In this document: positions 1-11,400 of the stretch, one piece after another | Layout of the letters: every line of letters starts with the position of its first letter | Numbering within the stretch: the first letter of the stretch is position 1 | NCBI GenBank assembly: GCA_964444665.1 | Contig: CAYUIE010000003.1 | Location: 110,280 to 174,279, forward strand | DNA from: an uncultured Pirellulales bacterium | GTDB lineage: Bacteria > Planctomycetota > Phycisphaerae > Sedimentisphaerales > CAYZTY01 | Direction of reading: 5' to 3' | DNA: 64,000 nt | Program-made: the position numbers and the translations under genes | The notes under the pieces: model-generated | The model's input: only the letters and a program-made list of their open reading frames with translations | Told to the model about the DNA's origin: nothing | The model's database searches: none

Positions 1-666
1 ATTATAGATAAGGCAACCACCAATGAAGCTAAAGGTAGGGAGTGGTCAACACCTGTAAAACTGGTAATTATCTTCTCCGGACTGGCAATTCTACCAAGTC
101 TTCTGGTAATGATGACATCTTTTACAAGGATAGTCATAGTCCTGGCTTTTATTCGCCGGGCATTAACCACACAAACTATTCCGCCTACTATTGCCATCAT
201 AGGTTTGGCCTTGTTTCTTACGCTTTATACAATGGCACCTACATTTGCCAAAATCAACGCTAATTCCATTCAGCCGTATCTTGAAGATAAAGTTGATTTT
301 CAAACGGCAACATCTCAAGCCAGTAGCTGCATAAAAGGATTTATGCTTCGGCAAAGCCGACAGTCTGATTTGGCTCTTTTTGTTCAAATGGCCAAAATAG
401 AGCCGCCCAACCGTCCTATGGACATCGATATGCATATAGTTATTCCGGCATTTATAATCAGTGAATTCAGGACCGCATTCGAGATAGGTTGTCTTCTGTT
501 TATTCCATTCCTGCTGATAGATATGGTTATTGCCAGCGTTTTACTTAGTGCCGGTATGATGCTTCTGCCACCAGTAATGATTTCTCTGCCCTTTAAGTTG
601 ATACTGTTCATCCTTGTCGACGGGTGGGGATTATTAGCGAAGTGCCTTAGTTTAAGTTTTAAATGA
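1..666 (+). CDS. fliP: Flagellar export gate protein FliP (5' end lies outside the window)
   Basis: The frame is open from nt 1. It contains the LLVMMTSFTRIVIVLAFIRRALTTQ and GMMLLPPVMISLPFKLILFILVDGW strings typical of FliP. fliQ and fliR follow. Confidence 0.9.
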   Translation: MIDKATTNEAKGREWSTPVKLVIIFSGLAILPSLLVMMTSFTRIVIVLAFIRRALTTQTIPPTIAIIGLALFLTLYTMAPTFAKINANSIQPYLEDKVDFQTATSQASSCIKGFMLRQSRQSDLALFVQMAKIEPPNRPMDIDMHIVIPAFIISEFRTAFEIGCLLFIPFLLIDMVIASVLLSAGMMLLPPVMISLPFKLILFILVDGWGLLAKCLSLSFK

Positions 667-770
667 ATAGAGAATTATAACTGCCATTATGAGCAAAGCA
701 TAAGGCTCATCGTATTAAAAAACTTTGTTTGGTTCGAAATGAAATTTCTACTCTATGCGGAGTTTAACGA

Positions 771-1040
771 ATGGAAAGTAGCTTCGTTTTATACCTTGGC
801 AGACACACTCTTGAGACGGCCTTACTTTTATCAGCACCCATCCTGCTAACGTGTATGATTGTCGGCGTAGTAGTAACACTCCTGCAAGCAGTTACCTCAA
901 TACGCGATATGACCTTAACATTAGTTCCCAAACTCTTGGCCGTTGGAGTAGTAACCTTGATTTGCAGTGGATGGGCACTTCAAGTTATCCTTCGTTTCAC
1001 CAACGAAATTTTCAGCTATATCCAAAATATTGGGCACTAA
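771..1040 (+). CDS. fliQ: Flagellar export gate protein FliQ
   Basis: 89-aa protein with two TM segments and the LLQAVTSI..MTLTLVPKLLAV pattern. It lies between fliP and fliR. Confidence 0.9.
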   Translation: MESSFVLYLGRHTLETALLLSAPILLTCMIVGVVVTLLQAVTSIRDMTLTLVPKLLAVGVVTLICSGWALQVILRFTNEIFSYIQNIGH

Positions 1041-1043
1041 TAA

Positions 1044-1796
1044 ATGGAGCTGATGATAGAAAAATTGATCGGCTTCATAATGGTGCTGACACGGGTATCG
1101 GCTTTTTTTTTGATTATTCCGGTTTTTGGTTGGCGAAGCATACCGATTAGAATCAAAGTTGGATTAGTTTTCTTGATTTCAATCTTCTTTTCATTGATAA
1201 CACCTCTGGCTATCGAACCCAAAGAAGTTTCTATCATTGAAGCAATATTGCTGATTACCAATGAAGCCACTTACGGTTTAGCCATGGGATTAATCGCTAT
1301 TGTGATTTTTTCAGCAATTAAGCTCTGTGGACGTATAATCGAAAGAGAAATGGGTTTAGCAATGGCCGGGATTTTAGACCCTATGACCGGTGAAATGGCT
1401 CAGCCGGTTGGAACACTGTTGGAGATGATATTCATAATACTGTTTCTCAGTGCTAACGGTCACCACTTGTTTCTGCTAATTATCTCAAGAAGCTACGAAG
1501 CATTTCCGGCAGGAAGTATTCCGTCAATATCAATCCTTACGGGTGGAGTAATTAAAGCCGGTTCAGCAATGTTCATCACTGGTCTTAAACTAGTAGCACC
1601 GCTACTGGCAGCTTTTTTGCTTTTGATGGTAGTATTAGCTGTGTTGGCACGTATAGTGCCGGAAATGAACATTTTGTTTATCAGTTTTCCAATACGAGTA
1701 GGTCTTGGGCTACTAATGATAATGGTGTTTCTTCCGTTTATAAACAGCTTTGTTGCAGAATTTGCCGACTTGATGGGCAAATTTCTGCCTTATTAA
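1044..1796 (+). CDS. fliR: Flagellar export gate protein FliR
   Basis: 250-aa polytopic membrane protein starting 4 nt after fliQ, in the conserved fliPQR-flhB order. Confidence 0.88.
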   Translation: MELMIEKLIGFIMVLTRVSAFFLIIPVFGWRSIPIRIKVGLVFLISIFFSLITPLAIEPKEVSIIEAILLITNEATYGLAMGLIAIVIFSAIKLCGRIIEREMGLAMAGILDPMTGEMAQPVGTLLEMIFIILFLSANGHHLFLLIISRSYEAFPAGSIPSISILTGGVIKAGSAMFITGLKLVAPLLAAFLLLMVVLAVLARIVPEMNILFISFPIRVGLGLLMIMVFLPFINSFVAEFADLMGKFLPY

Positions 1797-1871
1797 ACGG
1801 GAAATGTAAAGCTAAAAGTCCAAAAATCGTTGTCAAAAACCAGAGTTAATTGGACTGTTCAGGTCTAAAGC

Positions 1872-2939
1872 ATGGCAGAAAAACCGGCAGCAGAAAAAAC
1901 AGAACAACCAACAGCGAAAAAAATAGAGAAAGCCAGAAAAAAGGGGATGGTGCCACAAAGTCAGGAACTCACATCGGCAGTGAATCTTCTGGTGTTGGTA
2001 GCAATGGTAACCCTACTGGGTCCAAGTCTGGTACAATGGTTTATAGAGCAACTTCAAACCACATTCAGCGAATACAATACGAGTGTCTTTGCCAACGGTA
2101 AATCATTTCTGAATTTTGTGAATGCGAAAACAATAGATGCAATACTTATTGTCTGCCCCATTTTCGCAGCTCTTCTCGCAGGTTCTGCTTTAGCTTCCAT
2201 AGCAATCGGTGGTCTGAATTTCGCGCCAGAATCCATAAGTCCGAAATTTAGCCAGATAAGTCCTGCAACAGGTCTTGGAAAACTGGTAAACGAGAGTTCT
2301 TTTATAAAACTCTTATTATCCATAATAAAATTGCTCTTTGTGAGTTTGATTGTCTGGTTTTACCTACACAACAAACTTTACTTTCTTGCCGAGCTTCGAT
2401 GGGCCTGGTCTGCACAAATACTTGCAGCTATTGCAAAGATAGTTCTTGGCTTAGTAATACGTATTTGCATTGCACTGATAGTAATAGGACTCGCGGACGC
2501 TTTTTATCAAAAATGGAAATACATCCGAGACCTTAAGATGACGCGTCAGGAAGTAAAACAAGAGCGCAGGGATTGGGAAGGCTCGCCGGAAGTAAAAGGC
2601 CGGGTTCGCAGGATTCAAATCGAAATGGCACTAAGGCGTATCTCAGCAGAAGTACCCAAAGCCACCGTGGTTCTTGTCAATCCCACACACGTAGCCGTTG
2701 CGCTTCGGTATGATGCCAAAACAATGGAAGCACCTATCCTGGTGGTCAAAGGGGCGGAACACCTTGCAGAAAAGATAAGAGAAATTGCGCGCGCCTATGG
2801 AGTACCCATCATAACAAAACCCGAATTAGCCAGGGCCATATATTCAACGGTTAAACCAGGCAGTCCAATCCCGGAAAGTTTATATGTAGCAGTAGCAGAA
2901 GTATTAGCTATGATTTATCGACTGCGGCATAAAAAGTAA
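1872..2939 (+). CDS. flhB: Flagellar export switch protein FlhB
   Basis: The N-terminus EKTEQPTAKKIEKARKKGMVPQSQEL and the autocleavage motif NPTH (VLVNPTHVAVALRY) are both present. Length is 355 aa. Confidence 0.93.
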   Translation: MAEKPAAEKTEQPTAKKIEKARKKGMVPQSQELTSAVNLLVLVAMVTLLGPSLVQWFIEQLQTTFSEYNTSVFANGKSFLNFVNAKTIDAILIVCPIFAALLAGSALASIAIGGLNFAPESISPKFSQISPATGLGKLVNESSFIKLLLSIIKLLFVSLIVWFYLHNKLYFLAELRWAWSAQILAAIAKIVLGLVIRICIALIVIGLADAFYQKWKYIRDLKMTRQEVKQERRDWEGSPEVKGRVRRIQIEMALRRISAEVPKATVVLVNPTHVAVALRYDAKTMEAPILVVKGAEHLAEKIREIARAYGVPIITKPELARAIYSTVKPGSPIPESLYVAVAEVLAMIYRLRHKK

Positions 2940-3011
2940 TGCGTTATAAGTGGTTAACGATGGATTGTAGTTGATCTGAGACAACAACTTATTGCAGTTC
3001 ACATCATAATA

Positions 3012-5372
3012 CTAAAAACCCAAGGCACTCATTTGTTGTTGTATCAATGCCAAGGTCCTTTCCAGGCGAGCAAATTGGGCCACCAGCCTGGCCTCTCTTT
3101 GACTCAAACGGTTTTCTTCTGTTTCAATCCTTTGTTGAATTCCTTCTATGGTATCATCGACATGCTCCTGGTCGATTTGGAGCGAGCCGGTCGTTACTTT
3201 AAGCATTCCATCCAGGACATCTTCAATTGCACCTGCAAAACCCTGTTTTACCCAGACAGTAGCAGTAAAAGTGCCATTCTGACTCAAATCGACACTAAGC
3301 TGAAGACCATTCTCAGGATATACAGGATAGCCATTTTCATCGAAGGAACTATCCCCGATGATAACATTACCGCTAAATGCAGCATCGCGATATGTGGATT
3401 CGGTTGAAAGTTTAATCTTGGCACTGGTGATTGCACCACTACCAACAATTACTTCAACGTCATAGCTGCCGGCAGTTGTGTAATTGCTGCTCGCACCATA
3501 AAATTTGATGGTATTACTATCACTGCTTCCGGTTTTGTCCGCTCCAATTAAAGGCAAAACCGCCATATAATCTTCAGCTACAGCCTCATTAAATACGCTC
3601 GTGTTCAGACTCAATACCCCATTTCTGTCAATTTCAAGGCCGATTTGGGCCGGCATCAAAAAGGTATCAGAGCCTTCTACAAATCCACCCGTTGGACTTA
3701 TAAGATAAGTGCTAAGTTGTGAGGTTATAATCGAGACGACATAGTCCCCCATCAATACACCGGCATCTTCCAATGTATCATCGTAGCTAGTCTTTTCCTG
3801 AATATAGCTGATGGCGGTATTATAAGCAGCAATCATAGTATCAAGCTTTTCTTTAACCGATTCAATATCTCTGGTTAGTGTTATTTGCTCTCCATTTGCG
3901 TCAGTTGTATCATGTAAATGCAGTGTTATTCCACTAATAACATCATCTACAGTATTAGAGCTTCTACTTATCCAGCCATCCGAGCCTTTTGTATCTTCCG
4001 CGATGACATAATTCGAAGGTTCTGAAGGAACGAGACCAGTACCAACATTAAATACAATCATATTTACGTCGCCGGCAGAATCAGAAAATGTAAATGTCAA
4101 CGGTCCACCCACATCCAGAGTTGTGCCCCCAACTGAGACTCCACCGACAGCTATAATACTATCCAAGGTATTAAGAGCATCTTCAATTGCTGTTGTGCCG
4201 GTGTTATAGTCAATTTCTGCGGTTGTCTGTCCATCAAAAGTCAAGGTAAACTTACCGGCGGTTGGGGCTGTAGTTGGAGTCAGGCTTTGTATCTCTGCAA
4301 CTGCTGTAGTAGAGGGGAAACCGTCCACCTTGATTTTGGAATCCTGGGCAGTTTGGCTGAGTGTAAAGTCTGCCGGTTCAAAATTGTCGTTAAGGCCCGA
4401 TGCATCCGTGCTTCCACCCACTGTCTCGACCATATTTGGCAATGTCAGCATTGCTCCTGTGCCATTGTCATCCCAATTCAATTCGATGAATAGACTGCTT
4501 GAGCCGGAGGTATTATCCGTGAGGATAATCTCCCCGTTTTCAAGAGTCGCTTTAGCGATTCCATCGAAAGCATCGTTAATCTCCGAAATTAGATGCCCAA
4601 CCGTTGTATTCTCAGTAACAGGAAGGTCCACCTGGGCTATATCAGCGCCATTATGGTCTGTTCCGATTATCTCAATATGTTCACCGCTCCCAAGCGTTCC
4701 ACTGAACTGATCCAGTTCTGTAATCTTAGTACTCAATGTGGCGTTATCGCCGTTGTCGGTAAACGCGATGTCCGCCTGCCAGAATTCGGTACTGCTTTCA
4801 TTGACGAAGATTTTATAATCAGTACCGGCATCATTGCCGTTCAGGACCAGATGATAGGCCTTGTTATAGTACAACAGACTTGCTGTAACTCCTGGATTGT
4901 CCGCATCGTTATTGATTAAGCCAACCAAGTCTTGCAGCGTTGTCTCATCAGTAGTCGTTATAATTGTTTCGTGGTGGTCATACGAATAAATAAAGGTGCC
5001 GGCACCTACATAATCTTCGGTATATTCGAGGCCGTTTGTATGAACCCATCGCTCGGCGTTAGCCAACTGGTTAATTACCACTGTATGATTACCTTCAAAA
5101 GCATTATATGAGGCTTCGGCAGTCAATTTATCACTATCACTCGAAGCGATGCTATAAGCGCGAAGCTCGTTGGCATCAGACAAAGCTCTAACCGCGCTTC
5201 TTAAGGTCTCGAGCCTGGTTTCTAATGTACTGAGCGCATCCTTTCTGTCTTCCCAGAGACTCTTACGCTGCTCGTAAACATTAAGCGTACGGCGTTCTAC
5301 AGCCATCAGTTGAGCAATGAGTGCCTTTGTATCAATTCCCGTTAAAAGACCTGGAAGCTGTATAGTTGACAT
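3012..5372 (-). CDS. fliD: Flagellar filament cap protein FliD (long form, 786 aa)
   Basis: FliD-type N-terminus (QLPGLLTGIDTKALIAQLMAVERRTLNVYEQRK) and C-terminal coiled coil (IDQEHVDDTIEGIQQRIETEENRLSQREARLVAQFARLE). The central region is very large and rich in T, S, G and D. Confidence 0.85.
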   Translation of the reverse strand: MSTIQLPGLLTGIDTKALIAQLMAVERRTLNVYEQRKSLWEDRKDALSTLETRLETLRSAVRALSDANELRAYSIASSDSDKLTAEASYNAFEGNHTVVINQLANAERWVHTNGLEYTEDYVGAGTFIYSYDHHETIITTTDETTLQDLVGLINNDADNPGVTASLLYYNKAYHLVLNGNDAGTDYKIFVNESSTEFWQADIAFTDNGDNATLSTKITELDQFSGTLGSGEHIEIIGTDHNGADIAQVDLPVTENTTVGHLISEINDAFDGIAKATLENGEIILTDNTSGSSSLFIELNWDDNGTGAMLTLPNMVETVGGSTDASGLNDNFEPADFTLSQTAQDSKIKVDGFPSTTAVAEIQSLTPTTAPTAGKFTLTFDGQTTAEIDYNTGTTAIEDALNTLDSIIAVGGVSVGGTTLDVGGPLTFTFSDSAGDVNMIVFNVGTGLVPSEPSNYVIAEDTKGSDGWISRSSNTVDDVISGITLHLHDTTDANGEQITLTRDIESVKEKLDTMIAAYNTAISYIQEKTSYDDTLEDAGVLMGDYVVSIITSQLSTYLISPTGGFVEGSDTFLMPAQIGLEIDRNGVLSLNTSVFNEAVAEDYMAVLPLIGADKTGSSDSNTIKFYGASSNYTTAGSYDVEVIVGSGAITSAKIKLSTESTYRDAAFSGNVIIGDSSFDENGYPVYPENGLQLSVDLSQNGTFTATVWVKQGFAGAIEDVLDGMLKVTTGSLQIDQEHVDDTIEGIQQRIETEENRLSQREARLVAQFARLERTLALIQQQMSALGF

Positions 5373-5434
5373 CTTCAGGCTACCTCTTTTCTGACAGTGT
5401 TAAACTCTCAGGAAAACGAAACTTTCCAACTCTA

Positions 5435-5462
5435 TTATCGGATTAAAACCATAATATCTTAA
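5435..5462 (-). promoter_or_regulatory. Sigma-28 (FliA)-type promoter candidate upstream of fliD
   Basis: The minus strand reads TAAGATAT-N11-TCCGATAA against the consensus TAAAGTTT-N11-GCCGATAA (5/8 and 7/8). It lies about 65-90 nt upstream of the fliD ATG. Confidence 0.45.
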
Positions 5463-5495
5463 GCAACTATTTCATAAATTAAGTCTAAACAGAAG

Positions 5496-8400
5496 CTAAC
5501 GAATCGCCTGTAGTGTTGGCTGCCTGCATTGAGTCTGCAAAAGGATAGTATTTTGCAAAAGCCGCTGGGCAAATTCATTATTCGGGTTCACTTTCAGATA
5601 ATCTTTTAACTCCAAATGGGCCAAGTCAAAAGCCGTCCGAGCACAAACACTCGAGTTTGATTTTATATAAGACTGACCTATTTTAAGATAAGTTACAGCA
5701 GCAAGACATTTAGCATGAGATTTTCTTGTCTCAGGAGCTATTTTGTCCCACCCAACATCAGGAAATAATTCGTCATATGAGAAGGTTTCCGTAAACCGCC
5801 TGACAACTTCAAAATGGCTCCTGGCTTTATCAATGTTCGTAGATCCTGACAGGTTTTTCAGATACATTCGTCGCAAATGCAAGGTCTCCTGTAAATGATG
5901 TTCTTTAAGACCGGCCTTTACGAAACGTCTCATCATATCATAGTCTTCACCTACCAAAAGTGTTTCATCATAAAGACCGATTCTATCGAAGACGCTCCTT
6001 CTTATGCCGAATCTAAAGGGTATTACAGGGTGTCCTTGTCGGAACAGGTCTCTGATGAGTAACTTGCGATTCTGATATTCGGGCTTTTTCATTATCCTTA
6101 TCGGTTCACCATCGGCGTCAATCAATAAGACATCGCAATAAATAAGGTCGGCCTGTGGATGCTTATCAAATTCCTGCAGGTGCAAAGTTATGAAATGCGG
6201 AGCCATCACATCATCGGCGTCCAAAGGCATGATATATTGTCCCCGGGACCGGATAATTGCATGGTTTCTCGCGCTAGACACACCACCATTTTGCTTAAAA
6301 ATATATTTAATACGATCATCATTGTATTTTAGTACCACCTTTTTGGTATTATCGGTGGAGCCGTCGTCAACAATTAACAACTCAAAGTTTTTATAGTTCT
6401 GGCTCAGGACACTTTCAATTGCCTGGCCAATATAATCGGCACCATTGTAAACAGGTGTTATTATGCTAACCATTGGTTTACTTGAGCTGTTCCGGCGACA
6501 TAGGCTCTGTTTATCATTTACTAATTGTTGGGAGACAAGGTCAACCGCTGAATCCGAATGCGTGATAAGAGCATTAATTTCCCCAAGCATATTAAGCACC
6601 CGGGCATCTTTACCAACATTTGCCAAATAATTAAAAAGAAGTGTTTGGGCTTTCTTATATTCACCGGAAGTTTTCATAATTGCATAGCAATTAGTGATAG
6701 TATCCCTGTTCCATGGATTGAATTTGTATGCCTTAGTAAAGTAGCTTAAAGCTTTTTTTATATCTCCTGCTTCCATCGCCACCAATCCAAAGTCATTCAG
6801 TGCCCTGATGTGGTTGGGAAATTTTTCCAGCAGTTCATCGACTTGTGCATTAGCTTTTAGCCAGTTTCCCTGCTGATTCATAATCAGTGCCCGCAATAAC
6901 AGCACATCAGGATGATTCGGGTGTTTCTGCAATAACTGCCCGCATTTAAGGTCAGCTTGTTGAATATCATTATCATGGAGTAATGTCCGGATATCGTTAA
7001 CCTCCCTGGCGATACTGATTCTGTCCCAGAGCTTTGAAATATATTTCCCAGCTATGTCTGTACTGAAATTCTCTCGCACAAAATCAACCGCTTTACAGCG
7101 AATAGAAGGGTTGTTGTCGACCCTATTTAAGCAAGCGATTATTGCCTCTGCCAGTTTTTCAGGTGTATTATGTGAATATATCAGGCCTGTACATCCATCA
7201 GCTATAGTAGCAGCCGTACCTCCAGCATTATGAGCAACAGGAATACACCCGCATGCCTGTGATTCCAGTGTAACCATCGGAAAAGTTTCAAGCTTAGAGG
7301 GCAGGACAAGTAAGCTGTGCCTGGAATATATTTCCGGCATATCTTTATTGTTAGCATAGCCGTGAAAATACGTGCCTTCCGGTTTTGTGCCTTTGAGTTT
7401 ATCTCCATAGGCATCTCCACCACGCCACATTGAACCATCCCCATAAATGTGCAGTTCGGCATCACTTATCTGCCGGCGGACCAATCGGAAGGCATCTATG
7501 AGAATATGAACACATTTATGCTCATGTAATGCACCAGCATACATTATAGAGTGGCCATTTCTGCTAACATCTTTTGGCGAATATACATCGGTATTAATAA
7601 GATTAGGAATAATCATTAGCTTTTCATCACCGATGACATCATTGTGCAGCGATACCCTGTGTAAATCCGACAAACAAATCACTATGTCGAAATCGCTCAT
7701 ATGTGATAACGATACGAAGTCTTTGGCCTGCCAACAGTGCTGCCACAGTACCCAAATTTGTCCTCTGGGCTTGGTCAAACCTTTGAAGTAGCGAACGTGG
7801 GTTGCGAAGAAAACCATATCAAAGTTTGCAAGGAACTCTGCTCTTTCATTTGGTTTCGGCAACGGAATAATTTTTAAGGATTCATATCGCTCAGGATGAC
7901 ATACGAGATCCCCGGTTATATGAACCTCTATATCGGGGTTTTTTTGAAGCATTTTTGCAATATTCAGTACAGCTATTACCGTTCCTGCAGGACTAGTTTC
8001 ACTGATGTTGCCTATTCTATCATAATAGAATAGTATCTTTTGCTGACCAACTACCGGTGATAAAAGATCTTGCGCCCAATCAAAATCAGGCCTGATGCTT
8101 AAGAGCTTCTCCAAACTGTCACGTGCTCCAGCAAGGTCATCTTGATTTTTCTGTAACATCATCAAGGCAAAGGATGGCTGCCAATCACCTTCTTTAGCCC
8201 GTTCAGCAGCTACCTGATAATCTTCCAATGCTTCATGGATTTGCCCCATACATCTCTTTTTTAATCCCCGCCAAAAGTACGCCAGGCCACATTCAGGATA
8301 CTTCTCAATTGCCTTGTTTATTTTCTCGTATAAATCATCCGGACAAGTTGCAATCTCCTGCCAAGCCCGAACCAAATGCGAAGCCGGAAACAAATCAGGA

Positions 8401-11400
8401 TGACAAGTAGCAATAAATGCCCAGGCTAACTTTAAGTTACCCTTAATTGTCTTATGATACATACTCTGAGGATTTACCCGGTAGAGGAAAAGAGGTTCGC
8501 TTATCCGCCTGACAACGGGATTGTGCTTGGAACAGCTTATCCAGAAATTCCAGTCTTCCGGCTGAACAATAACGTTTAACAAATTATCATATCCACCAAC
8601 TTTGCGCCAAAGATGTTTTCTATAAAGGGACGCGTAAGGCATGGTATTCTTAACCATAACCTGTGAACGGGAATACTCTTCAGGCGCCCATATCTTATTT
8701 GAAGCCCCAAACTCCTGCAGGTTAGCAAAAACTATATCCACATTCTGTTCCTGCTGAATAATATCCACAGCCTTTTTCATAAATGTCGGTTCAAACATAT
8801 CGTCACTATCCAGCGGTAAAATCCACTCATTCGCAGCAGCCAATATCGCTGTATTTCTCGCATCCGCCAATCCGGTATTTTGCGGCTTGTCGATAAGCCG
8901 AATCTTATGATTTGGATACTTTTCTATTAACTGCCTTGTGACCTCAACAGTATTATCAGTACTGCCATCATTGACAATAACGCATTCCCAATTTTTATAC
9001 GTTTGATTTATAATAGACTCAACCGCATCAGGAAGATGATGAGAATGGTTGTAGCACGGGATAACTACAGATATTCCAACCGCGTTGTCATCAGCTTGGT
9101 TGAAATAAAAGCTGACTTCCTGATGAGCTGCATTGCTGACAAATCCAGAATATTTGCTTACGTCAATAACCGCTCCCCGCTGATAAATTTGCGCTAATCT
9201 TTGAGAGCTATAGTTAACATTCACGCCCGACCTGTTCTGCTCATATACATTTTGAACTATATTGGCAGGATTGCAGAAAGTTACACTTTTACGGTAGCAA
9301 AGCAGCATTGACCGGTTATTCCTGAACTGTCTGTTTAAAGCCAACTGTGATTCCAGCAAGTTTGGATTTGAAAAACATCGTCCTGACAAAAAACCTAACA
9401 TTTCCTGCGAGCGGTAAATCGAACTTGAGACCTCCAGCGGATAACCATAATCATGCTCGGCTGTTGTCCAATTAAACTTTAGTATGGAATCTGTTACACG
9501 TTCAAACTGTGGGCGTTTCTGTTCGGTATTAAGTGAGTAACAATAAGTTGTGTTTTCTCCCAAACGAAGTGAAAACCCAATCGCGTCAGTCTCACGCTTC
9601 AATGAGTCCACCACATCTCTGATGGAAAAGTCGCAGGTATATATGTTATCATCCACCATAAACACAATATATTTAGACGCCCCTATTACCTGTAGTGTCT
9701 GCTGTCTAAAATTCCGCTCTTCAATAAAGTCAATATTCTTGAAACATTTTTTCAAATCTTCATATTGGCCTTTATGCAATGGGGAAGTGGTTTTGTAAAG
9801 TACTGTAATATCGAAATTGTTACTGTCTTTACAATGCAACAGAAAAGATTCTATTGTTGCTCTAAGTTGCATTGCCCTATCCTTACTGAAGACCAGAACG
9901 GCAGTATTCTTTTCGGGCTGTTGTTCACTCTCCTTCTGAACATCCTGTGCCCCATCGGCTTGCGGTATTTGTACCAGGCTTGGGGTACTCGATACGCTCT
10001 TATTACGTCGCAACTGCAGGTAAAGCTCCTCATACCTGTCAGCCACAGCTTCCCAAGTAAGGTTTTCCTTCCACTCCTTCCATCCGTCTTCCGCGAGACT
10101 CTTACGGATAATCTCGTCATTCAGTATTTTGTTCGCATACAACGGCATTTTATCAGGCGCACATACAACGCCGCCTTTCCACTCGCGCACATTCCCGCAA
10201 TCAGTGGAAACAAAAGGAGTTCGTGACGCCTTTGCTTCAATAATTACCAGAGGTGAACATTCCTTATCAGAGCCAAATAAGAATATATCCGCCTGACAAT
10301 ACGCCGCTAAAGTAACTTCCCGCGGAACATCGACCAAGAATCTTACATTCAATCCCCTCGCTTTTGCCTTAAGCCCATTGAGTAAAACACCCTGCCGGCC
10401 AATAAATACCATCGTAAGGTCAGGCCTGTTCATTTTCCGCAGGCACTCTATAACTCTGTCCTGCCCTTTGCCTGGAAAAAAGTTAGCAACACATAAACCT
10501 AAATACTTAGTCTTAATTTTATATTTCATGCGAAAGTCAAATGTCGGCATCTGTGAGAATTCTTCTTCGCACACACCATTTGGAATTATTACGCTATTAT
10601 TAAACCCATAATTCTGAGCAAATTCGTAATCCTGATATTGTTTCGAGTGATAAACAGCCGCATCATATTTAGGCAAATATATTGGTATCACTCTGTTGAA
10701 ATAATCCGCGAATTCCGGTAACTGCAGTGTATTATTGTCGCTAAGTGCTGAATAACCGCAAGGCGCTATTATATTAATCCTCCTTTTGCTTGTTTGTTCC
10801 AATGTACCAAGCGCCAGGTCTGTGGCCCACTGCTGAGCTGCGTAATTAAACACAACATCAGCCTGATGATTAAGGAGAAATTGCTGGTAGCGGTCAACGT
10901 CATTTCCACTGAATCCTTTTGCAAACGCCCCGCTAATATTAAATTCTTCTATACGCACCCCATTTAATTCTTTAAATGTCCGCTCAGCCAGCTTTGTTGT
11001 TGCAACTGTCACCTCGTGCCCGCGTTTAACCAGCCATTCTGACAGTTGCTGGACCACCTTTTCAGAGCCACCAATATGTGGTTCGTAAAACTCCACTGTA
11101 TTGAGTATTGACAGTTTATCTCTCGGTTTGGAGCCGCTTTTGGTCGGACGTGATTTATATAATTGTCTCCCTTCTCGTTTGTGTAATCTGTAATTCTCTC
11201 GAATTCTATCAGCAGCTTCCATAACTTCGCTCGCATGTGTGTTGCCGATACTTTTCGGATGTAAACGAATTCTGTGTAAAACTTCAGGGATATTTGCCAA
11301 CTCAAAGTCGGCCAATAACGCCCGGGCAAAAAAATCATAATCCTGTGCAACTGGGTATTCTTTGCGGTAACTTCCAATTCTTTTAAATACGTCCCTACGT

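Noticed and set aside
42-263. 73-aa ORF at the left edge
   Set aside because: It is an alternative frame of the fliP coding sequence, which is open from nt 1 and carries the conserved FliP motifs.
2940-3011. Possible bidirectional terminator in the convergent flhB/fliD gap
   Set aside because: I found only a 5-bp stem (AGTTG/CAACT) with no U-tract, which is too weak to call.
4287-4919. Plus-strand ORFs of 68-126 aa inside fliD (4287-4493, 4330-4710, 4593-4919), and similar antisense ORFs inside flgK, flgE, flgG, flhA and the giant gene
   Set aside because: They lie entirely antisense to, or in an alternative frame of, long well-supported genes. Their compositions are low-complexity and Cys/Ser/Leu-rich, they carry no recognisable motif, and I saw no ribosome-binding sites. 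I treat them as shadow ORFs.
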